Assembly: GCA_025594325.1 (NCBI GenBank)
Contig: JANHCV010000017.1
Span: 379,893-443,892 of the forward strand
Origin: Blastocladiella emersonii ATCC 22665
Lineage: Eukaryota; Fungi; Blastocladiomycota
Direction: 5' to 3'
Length of the DNA: 64,000 nt
Shown: one piece after another, positions 53,701 through 64,000 of the stretch
How the letters are laid out: each line of letters begins with the position of its first letter
How positions within the stretch are numbered: position 1 is the stretch's first letter
Made by a program: the position numbers and the translations under genes
The notes under the pieces: model-generated
What the model saw: only the letters and a program-made list of their open reading frames with translations
What the model was told of the DNA's origin: nothing
Database searches by the model: none

Positions 53701-56700
53701 CACGCACCGTGCACCGCGCACCGCGCACCGCGCACCGCGCACCGTGCACCGCGCACAGCGCACCGCGGACAGCGCCCGATGCACCACACGCTGCGCACAC
53801 GGCGCCAACGGCCACGCTGGTGTCACGCACACACACTCGCATGAACGGCAAGCAGGCAAGGCTTCCTCAACTCAACCATGATCCATCGTCCATGTCTGCT
53901 CGCTCCAACGGGTGCGCCTGCTTACCCTCCCAGTGCCATCGATTGATTGATTCATGTCCAGTGCTGCCCATGCTTTCATGGCCGCGGGGTCCGTCAGAAC
54001 GCCTTGCAATGCGTGCGCCTGCATGCACCTGCACTGCAGAGCGCTGCAGAGGGCTGCACAGCGCTGCGGAGGGCTGCAGAGGGCTAAGGCGGCAGGGCTT
54101 CTCCTCCTGCAGGGGACAGTACCAAGGCCAAGGAGTGCTAGTGACTACTAACGGAATGGTGATTGGCCCCCTTCACACGCTCCTGGCAGGACTGCGTGTG
54201 GGCGTGCGGGCGTTTGTGCGTGCGTGCCTTGATTCGTCCACCATCATACGCGCAAAGTGACCAAGTGACCAAGTGACCAAGTGACCAAGTGACCAAGTGA
54301 CCAAGGTGACCAAGGTGACCAAGGTGACCAAGGTGACCAAGGTGACCAAGTGACACACAAGCACCAAGCTAGGGTGGCCGGGCGGCCATGGAACGTACTG
54401 CATGGGAACCATTACCGTGGACTGGCCGCGGCCATTTATCGCAGCACAGCCCTGCCTGGCTCAGGACGCGGCGGGCGTGGGAGGCAGGCAGGGTAGATCG
54501 GTAGCAGCAGCAGGACCTGGCTAGCTGGCTGTCAAACAACACAAGTGAAGGGGTGCGTGAGGGAGGGTGTGTTGAATGAATGGATGGGTGGATGCAGGCA
54601 GAGAGAGACCTTCGTACGTGTCGTGGGTGATGAGGATTGGTTGGCCACCATCCACCAACGCCATGGCATGGCTGCGGGTGTCGCTGCGTGCGCCTTGGCG
54701 GGTGGTGTTGGTGGGTGGGTGGTCTTGGTGGGTGCTGTGGTGGTAGTGGAGCTAGAGTGGTGCCGTGGGGCTCTTGGGGTCCCCTTTCCTTCCTGTCTGG
54801 CCTAGGTGGGTCGGCGGACGCAGCGCGCATGCGGGCAAGGTAACAACATTGCTCACGCAATGGATCATGTATTTTATGGCAAGTAGTCTGCGAAGCAGAG
54901 ACGGGGATGTCCGGCCCAATCGGACCCTCCACGGATCACAATATGCACGCAATGAATTGACTGATGATAGGGATGTACCAAACCAGCCACGTAGACAATT
55001 GTCGTGGTTGTCGAACAAAACCATATTCAAATCTTTGGCAACGCGCCTGTCCAGCTAGCCAGGGACCCATGAATCACAGTATCGACCCAACAAGATATTA
55101 GACCATGGTAATATAGTAAACCAACCTCGTACATAATTGTCATGGTACTCAAACAAAACCATATTCAAGTCTTTGCTTTCCCGCATATCCAGCTGGCCAG
55201 GGACCCATAAATCACAGTATCGAACGAACAAGATATCTTACCATGGAAATATAGTTAACCAGCCACGCGGACAATTGTCATGGTACTCAATCGAGACCAC
55301 ATTCAAGTCTTTGCTCTCCCGCATGTCAAGCTGGTTGAAGGCCCATTAATCACAGTATCGACCCAACAAGATATTTGACCATGGAAACATAGTAAACCAG
55401 CCACGCGGATAATTGTCATGGTACTCAATCAAAACCATATTCATATTTTTGCTTCCCCGCATGTCAAGCTGGTTGAAGACCCATTAATCACAGTATCGAA
55501 CCAACAAAATATCTGACCATGGAAATATAGTTAACCAGCCACGCGGACAATTGTCATGGTACTCAATCGAAACCACATTCAAGTCTTTGCTCTCCCGCAT
55601 GTCAAGCTGGTTGAAGGCCCATAAATCACAGTATCGACCCAACAAGATATTTGACCATGGAAATATAGTAAACCAGCCACGCGGATAATTGTCATGGTAC
55701 TCAATCAAAACCATATTCAAGTCTTTGCTTTCCCGCACGTCCAGCTGGTTGAAGGCCCATAAATCACAGTATCGACCCAACAAAGTATCTGACAACCGAA
55801 ATATAGCAGACAATCCACGCAGACAATTGTCATGCCACCTAATCAAAACCATATTCAAGTCTTTGCTTTCCCACATGTCAAGCTGGTTGAAGGCCCATAA
55901 ATCACAGTATCGAACCAACGAAATATCTGACCATGGAAATATAGTAAAGCAGCCACGCAGATAATTGTCATGGTACTTAATCAAAACCATATTCATATTT
56001 TTGCTTCCCCGCATGTCAAGCTGGTTGAAGGCCCATAAATCACAGTATCGAACGAACAAGATATCTTACCATGGAAATATAGTTAACCAGCCACGCAAAT
56101 GATTGTCATGCCACTTAATCAAAACCATACTCAAATGGTCGATTACCCTCACGTCCAAGCGGCCAAGGACCCAAACCGCCAGATACCCAAATCTACGACC
56201 ACGTTGCGCACACTCCACTAGCCAACTCTTCGATCCCCTAATTATGGAGCCCGTCGTCAAAGTCCACGGTCCAATCAACGAGGTAAACAGCGAACTTGTC
56301 AAACTGCCAACCTGCCAACCAAACACCCACGCCGCTTCTCAAGCCACGGTGGGCCCGCGCATTTGCGTTGCCGTCCCAGCCAACGAAGGAATGACTGATG
56401 AGCCCTGGTAGCCTGCTAGACTGACAGCCTGACAGCGCCCGCTCAGTTGCTATTATCTATCTCGTAGGTAGTCTGGGAGGAGTTCGTTAGTCGATACGCG
56501 ACCAGTCTCCTCCTGGCTGCCCGCTCTGCTGCCATCTCCAAGGCCCGCATGAAGATGGGCCAGGGAGGTTTACGAGCATTTCCTATCTCTCCTCTCTCCG
56601 TGTGAAACCATTCACCCGCGGACGGATGCGCACCACGCACCGTGCACCGCGCACCGCGCACCGCGCACCGCGCACCGTGCACCGCGCACAGCGCACCGCG

Positions 56701-59700
56701 GACAGCGCCCGATGCACCACACGCTGCGCACACGGCGCCAACGGCCACGCTGGTGTCACGCACACACACTCGCATGAACGGCAAGCAGGCAAGGCTTCCT
56801 CAACTCAACCATGATCCATCGTCCATGTCTGCTCGCTCCAACGGGTGCGCCTGCCTACCCTCCCAGTGCCATCGATTGATTGATTCATGTCCAGTGCTGC
56901 CCATGCTTTCATGGCCGCGGGGTCCGTCAGAACGCCTTGCAATGCGTGCGCCTGCATGCACCTGCACTGCAGAGCGCTGCAGAGGGCTGCACAGCGCTGC
57001 GGAGGGCTGCAGAGGGCTAAGGCGGCAGGGCTTCTCCTCCTGCAGGGGACAGTACCAAGGCCAAGGAGTGCTAGTGACTACTAACGGAATGGTGATTGGC
57101 CCCCTTCACACGCTCCTGGCAGGACTGCGTGTGGGCGTGCGGGCGTTTGTGCGTGCGTGCCTTGATTCGTCCACCATCATACGCGCAAAGTGACCAAGTG
57201 ACCAAGTGACCAAGTGACCAAGTGACCAAGTGACCAAGGTGACCAAGGTGACCAAGGTGACCAAGGTGACCAAGGTGACCAAGTGACACACAAGCACCAA
57301 GCTAGGGTGGCCGGGCGGCCATGGAACGTACTGCATGGGAACCATTACCGTGGACTGGCCGCGGCCATTTATCGCAGCACAGCCCTGCCTGGCTCAGGAC
57401 GCGGCGGGCGTGGGAGGCAGGCAGGGTAGATCGGTAGCAGCAGCAGGACCTGGCTAGCTGGCTGTCAAACAACACAAGTGAAGGGGTGCGTGAGGGAGGG
57501 TGTGTTGAATGAATGGATGGGTGGATGCAGGCAGAGAGAGACCTTCGTACGTGTCGTGGGTGATGAGGATTGGTTGGCCACCATCCACCAACGCCATGGC
57601 ATGGCTGCGGGTGTCGCTGCGTGCGCCTTGGCGGGTGGTGTTGGTGGGTGGGTGGTCTTGGTGGGTGCTGTGGTGGTAGTGGAGCTAGAGTGGTGCCGTG
57701 GGGCTCTTGGGGTCCCCTTTCCTTCCTGTCTGGCCTAGGTGGGTCGGCGGACGCAGCGCGCATGCGGGCAAGGTAACAACATTGCTCACGCAATGGATCA
57801 TGTATTTTATGGCAAGTAGTCTGCGAAGCAGAGACGGGGATGTCCGGCCCAATCGGACCCTCCACGGATCACAATATGCACGCAATGAATTGACTGATGA
57901 TAGGGATGTACCAAACCAGCCACGTAGACAATTGTCGTGGTTGTCGAACAAAACCATATTCAAATCTTTGGCAACGCGCCTGTCCAGCTAGCCAGGGACC
58001 CATGAATCACAGTATCGACCCAACAAGATATTAGACCATGGTAATATAGTAAACCAACCTCGTACATAATTGTCATGGTACTCAAACAAAACCATATTCA
58101 AGTCTTTGCTTTCCCGCATATCCAGCTGGCCAGGGACCCATAAATCACAGTATCGAACGAACAAGATATCTTACCATGGAAATATAGTTAACCAGCCACG
58201 CGGACAATTGTCATGGTACTCAATCGAGACCACATTCAAGTCTTTGCTCTCCCGCATGTCAAGCTGGTTGAAGGCCCATTAATCACAGTATCGACCCAAC
58301 AAGATATTTGACCATGGAAACATAGTAAACCAGCCACGCGGATAATTGTCATGGTACTCAATCAAAACCATATTCATATTTTTGCTTCCCCGCATGTCAA
58401 GCTGGTTGAAGACCCATTAATCACAGTATCGAACCAACAAAATATCTGACCATGGAAATATAGTTAACCAGCCACGCGGACAATTGTCATGGTACTCAAT
58501 CGAAACCACATTCAAGTCTTTGCTCTCCCGCATGTCAAGCTGGTTGAAGGCCCATAAATCACAGTATCGACCCAACAAGATATTTGACCATGGAAATATA
58601 GTAAACCAGCCACGCGGATAATTGTCATGGTACTCAATCAAAACCATATTCAAGTCTTTGCTTTCCCGCACGTCCAGCTGGTTGAAGGCCCATAAATCAC
58701 AGTATCGACCCAACAAAGTATCTGACAACCGAAATATAGCAGACAATCCACGCAGACAATTGTCATGCCACCTAATCAAAACCATATTCAAGTCTTTGCT
58801 TTCCCACATGTCAAGCTGGTTGAAGGCCCATAAATCACAGTATCGAACCAACGAAATATCTGACCATGGAAATATAGTAAAGCAGCCACGCAGATAATTG
58901 TCATGGTACTTAATCAAAACCATATTCATATTTTTGCTTCCCCGCATGTCAAGCTGGTTGAAGGCCCATAAATCACAGTATCGAACGAACAAGATATCTT
59001 ACCATGGAAATATAGTTAACCAGCCACGCAAATGATTGTCATGCCACTTAATCAAAACCATACTCAAATGGTCGATTACCCTCACGTCCAAGCGGCCAAG
59101 GACCCAAACCGCCAGATACCCAAATCTACGACCACGTTGCGCACACTCCACTAGCCAACTCTTCGATCCCCTAATTATGGAGCCCGTCGTCAAAGTCCAC
59201 GGTCCAATCAACGAGGTAAACAGCGAACTTGTCAAACTGCCAACCTGCCAACCAAACACCCACGCCGCTTCTCAAGCCACGGTGGGCCCGCGCATTTGCG
59301 TTGCCGTCCCAGCCAACGAAGGAATGACTGATGAGCCCTGGTAGCCTGCTAGACTGACAGCCTGACAGCGCCCGCTCAGTTGCTATTATCTATCTCGTAG
59401 GTAGTCTGGGAGGAGTTCGTTAGTCGATACGCGACCAGTCTCCTCCTGGCTGCCCGCTCTGCTGCCATCTCCAAGGCCCGCATGAAGATGGGCCAGGGAG
59501 GTTTACGAGCATTTCCTATCTCTCCTCTCTCCGTGTGAAACCATTCACCCGCGGACGGATGCGCACCACGCACCGTGCACCGCGCACCGCGCACCGCGCA
59601 CCGCGCACCGTGCACCGCGCACAGCGCACCGCGGACAGCGCCCGATGCACCACACGCTGCGCACACGGCGCCAACGGCCACGCTGGTGTCACGCACACAC

Positions 59701-62700
59701 ACTCGCATGAACGGCAAGCAGGCAAGGCTTCCTCAACTCAACCATGATCCATCGTCCATGTCTGCTCGCTCCAACGGGTGCGCCTGCTTACCCTCCCAGT
59801 GCCATCGATTGATTGATTCATGTCCAGTGCTGCCCATGCTTTCATGGCCGCGGGGTCCGTCAGAACGCCTTGCAATGCGTGCGCCTGCATGCACCTGCAC
59901 TGCAGAGCGCTGCAGAGGGCTGCACAGCGCTGCGGAGGGCTGCAGAGGGCTAAGGCGGCAGGGCTTCTCCTCCTGCAGGGGACAGTACCAAGGCCAAGGA
60001 GTGCTAGTGACTACTAACGGAATGGTGATTGGCCCCCTTCACACGCTCCTGGCAGGACTGCGTGTGGGCGTGCGGGCGTTTGTGCGTGCGTGCCTTGATT
60101 CGTCCACCATCATACGCGCAAAGTGACCAAGTGACCAAGTGACCAAGTGACCAAGTGACCAAGTGACCAAGGTGACCAAGGTGACCAAGGTGACCAAGGT
60201 GACCAAGGTGACCAAGTGACACACAAGCACCAAGCTAGGGTGGCCGGGCGGCCATGGAACGTACTGCATGGGAACCATTACCGTGGACTGGCCGCGGCCA
60301 TTTATCGCAGCACAGCCCTGCCTGGCTCAGGACGCGGCGGGCGTGGGAGGCAGGCAGGGTAGATCGGTAGCAGCAGCAGGACCTGGCTAGCTGGCTGTCA
60401 AACAACACAAGTGAAGGGGTGCGTGAGGGAGGGTGTGTTGAATGAATGGATGGGTGGATGCAGGCAGAGAGAGACCTTCGTACGTGTCGTGGGTGATGAG
60501 GATTGGTTGGCCACCATCCACCAACGCCATGGCATGGCTGCGGGTGTCGCTGCGTGCGCCTTGGCGGGTGGTGTTGGTGGGTGGGTGGTCTTGGTGGGTG
60601 CTGTGGTGGTAGTGGAGCTAGAGTGGTGCCGTGGGGCTCTTGGGGTCCCCTTTCCTTCCTGTCTGGCCTAGGTGGGTCGGCGGACGCAGCGCGCATGCGG
60701 GCAAGGTAACAACATTGCTCACGCAATGGATCATGTATTTTATGGCAAGTAGTCTGCGAAGCAGAGACGGGGATGTCCGGCCCAATCGGACCCTCCACGG
60801 ATCACAATATGCACGCAATGAATTGACTGATGATAGGGATGTACCAAACCAGCCACGTAGACAATTGTCGTGGTTGTCGAACAAAACCATATTCAAATCT
60901 TTGGCAACGCGCCTGTCCAGCTAGCCAGGGACCCATGAATCACAGTATCGACCCAACAAGATATTAGACCATGGTAATATAGTAAACCAACCTCGTACAT
61001 AATTGTCATGGTACTCAAACAAAACCATATTCAAGTCTTTGCTTTCCCGCATATCCAGCTGGCCAGGGACCCATAAATCACAGTATCGAACGAACAAGAT
61101 ATCTTACCATGGAAATATAGTTAACCAGCCACGCGGACAATTGTCATGGTACTCAATCGAGACCACATTCAAGTCTTTGCTCTCCCGCATGTCAAGCTGG
61201 TTGAAGGCCCATTAATCACAGTATCGACCCAACAAGATATTTGACCATGGAAACATAGTAAACCAGCCACGCGGATAATTGTCATGGTACTCAATCAAAA
61301 CCATATTCATATTTTTGCTTCCCCGCATGTCAAGCTGGTTGAAGACCCATTAATCACAGTATCGAACCAACAAAATATCTGACCATGGAAATATAGTTAA
61401 CCAGCCACGCGGACAATTGTCATGGTACTCAATCGAAACCACATTCAAGTCTTTGCTCTCCCGCATGTCAAGCTGGTTGAAGGCCCATAAATCACAGTAT
61501 CGACCCAACAAGATATTTGACCATGGAAATATAGTAAACCAGCCACGCGGATAATTGTCATGGTACTCAATCAAAACCATATTCAAGTCTTTGCTTTCCC
61601 GCACGTCCAGCTGGTTGAAGGCCCATAAATCACAGTATCGACCCAACAAAGTATCTGACAACCGAAATATAGCAGACAATCCACGCAGACAATTGTCATG
61701 CCACCTAATCAAAACCATATTCAAGTCTTTGCTTTCCCACATGTCAAGCTGGTTGAAGGCCCATAAATCACAGTATCGAACCAACGAAATATCTGACCAT
61801 GGAAATATAGTAAAGCAGCCACGCAGATAATTGTCATGGTACTTAATCAAAACCATATTCATATTTTTGCTTCCCCGCATGTCAAGCTGGTTGAAGGCCC
61901 ATAAATCACAGTATCGAACGAACAAGATATCTTACCATGGAAATATAGTTAACCAGCCACGCAAATGATTGTCATGCCACTTAATCAAAACCATACTCAA
62001 ATGGTCGATTACCCTCACGTCCAAGCGGCCAAGGACCCAAACCGCCAGATACCCAAATCTACGACCACGTTGCGCACACTCCACTAGCCAACTCTTCGAT
62101 CCCCTAATTATGGAGCCCGTCGTCAAAGTCCACGGTCCAATCAACGAGGTAAACAGCGAACTTGTCAAACTGCCAACCTGCCAACCAAACACCCACGCCG
62201 CTTCTCAAGCCACGGTGGGCCCGCGCATTTGCGTTGCCGTCCCAGCCAACGAAGGAATGACTGATGAGCCCTGGTAGCCTGCTAGACTGACAGCCTGACA
62301 GCGCCCGCTCAGTTGCTATTATCTATCTCGTAGGTAGTCTGGGAGGAGTTCGTTAGTCGATACGCGACCAGTCTCCTCCTGGCTGCCCGCTCTGCTGCCA
62401 TCTCCAAGGCCCGCATGAAGATGGGCCAGGGAGGTTTACGAGCATTTCCTATCTCTCCTCTCTCCGTGTGAAACCATTCACCCGCGGACGGATGCGCACC
62501 ACGCACCGTGCACCGCGCACCGCGCACCGCGCACCGCGCACCGTGCACCGCGCACAGCGCACCGCGGACAGCGCCCGATGCACCACACGCTGCGCACACG
62601 GCGCCAACGGCCACGCTGGTGTCACGCACACACACTCGCATGAACGGCAAGCAGGCAAGGCTTCCTCAACTCAACCATGATCCATCGTCCATGTCTGCTC

Positions 62701-64000
62701 GCTCCAACGGGTGCGCCTGCTTACCCTCCCAGTGCCATCGATTGATTGATTCATGTCCAGTGCTGCCCATGCTTTCATGGCCGCGGGGTCCGTCAGAACG
62801 CCTTGCAATGCGTGCGCCTGCATGCACCTGCACTGCAGAGCGCTGCAGAGGGCTGCACAGCGCTGCGGAGGGCTGCAGAGGGCTAAGGCGGCAGGGCTTC
62901 TCCTCCTGCAGGGGACAGTACCAAGGCCAAGGAGTGCTAGTGACTACTAACGGAATGGTGATTGGCCCCCTTCACACGCTCCTGGCAGGACTGCGTGTGG
63001 GCGTGCGGGCGTTTGTGCGTGCGTGCCTTGATTCGTCCACCATCATACGCGCAAAGTGACCAAGTGACCAAGTGACCAAGTGACCAAGTGACCAAGTGAC
63101 CAAGGTGACCAAGGTGACCAAGGTGACCAAGGTGACCAAGGTGACCAAGTGACACACAAGCACCAAGCTAGGGTGGCCGGGCGGCCATGGAACGTACTGC
63201 ATGGGAACCATTACCGTGGACTGGCCGCGGCCATTTATCGCAGCACAGCCCTGCCTGGCTCAGGACGCGGCGGGCGTGGGAGGCAGGCAGGGTAGATCGG
63301 TAGCAGCAGCAGGACCTGGCTAGCTGGCTGTCAAACAACACAAGTGAAGGGGTGCGTGAGGGAGGGTGTGTTGAATGAATGGATGGGTGGATGCAGGCAG
63401 AGAGAGACCTTCGTACGTGTCGTGGGTGATGAGGATTGGTTGGCCACCATCCACCAACGCCATGGCATGGCTGCGGGTGTCGCTGCGTGCGCCTTGGCGG
63501 GTGGTGTTGGTGGGTGGGTGGTCTTGGTGGGTGCTGTGGTGGTAGTGGAGCTAGAGTGGTGCCGTGGGGCTCTTGGGGTCCCCTTTCCTTCCTGTCTGGC
63601 CTAGGTGGGTCGGCGGACGCAGCGCGCATGCGGGCAAGGTAACAACATTGCTCACGCAATGGATCATGTATTTTATGGCAAGTAGTCTGCGAAGCAGAGA
63701 CGGGGATGTCCGGCCCAATCGGACCCTCCACGGATCACAATATGCACGCAATGAATTGACTGATGATAGGGATGTACCAAACCAGCCACGTAGACAATTG
63801 TCGTGGTTGTCGAACAAAACCATATTCAAATCTTTGGCAACGCGCCTGTCCAGCTAGCCAGGGACCCATGAATCACAGTATCGACCCAACAAGATATTAG
63901 ACCATGGTAATATAGTAAACCAACCTCGTACATAATTGTCATGGTACTCAAACAAAACCATATTCAAGTCTTTGCTTTCCCGCATATCCAGCTGGCCAGG

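Larger units (their letters stand above)
1..64000. repeat. Tandem macrosatellite / higher-order repeat array, ~22 head-to-tail copies of a ~2.95 kb unit
   Basis: The same landmark (TTGTCATGCCACTTAATC) recurs at 787, 3755, 6447, 9116, 12061, 15006, 17698, 20666, 23634, 26602, 29549, 32496, 35457, 38404, 41349, 44294, 47255, 50223, 53170, 56103, 59036 and 61969. Periods are 2968, 2692, 2669, 2945, 2945, 2692, 2968, 2968, 2968, 2947, 2947, 2961, 2947, 2945, 2945, 2961, 2968, 2947, 2933, 2933 and 2933 bp. All copies are in the same orientation and I saw no unique sequence or insertion. Confidence 0.99.

Noticed and set aside
1-64000. Array as an assembly artefact (one unit duplicated in silico)
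   Set aside because: Units differ by coherent, shared, neighbour-clustered SNPs, VNTR alleles and a deletion, as expected of a real array resolved by long reads. Exact copy order still needs read validation.

Overview
The whole 64 kb window is one head-to-tail tandem array: about 22 near-identical copies of a ~2.95 kb unit (periods 2669-2968 bp), running off both ends. The composition looks eukaryotic, but the organism cannot be determined. Each unit has ~1.7 kb of GC-rich sequence with several short repeats (7-mer CGCGCAC, 10-mer CTGCAGAGGG, 8/9-mer (G)GTGACCAA, a G-rich 17-bp duplication) and some predicted hairpins. It also has a ~1.25 kb AT-richer block of ~9 diverged 138-bp monomers kept in fixed order, a higher-order repeat. 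I found no recognisable protein gene, rRNA, tRNA, CRISPR or transposase, and nearly all ORF-track entries are repeat artefacts. The best lead is that the 138-bp monomer equals 46 codons. One + strand frame runs ungapped from ATG 2519 through all monomers, interrupted only by TAA/TAG (which interchange with CAA/AAA/GAA/TGG), and ends at the only TGA (3752-3754). This would be a 411-aa repeat protein under a TAR=Gln code, or a decayed repeat-protein exon that became a satellite. That interpretation is a hypothesis, not established. Unit length variants are explained exactly by VNTR copy number and one shared 276-bp deletion, and unit haplotypes are mosaic and locally clustered.
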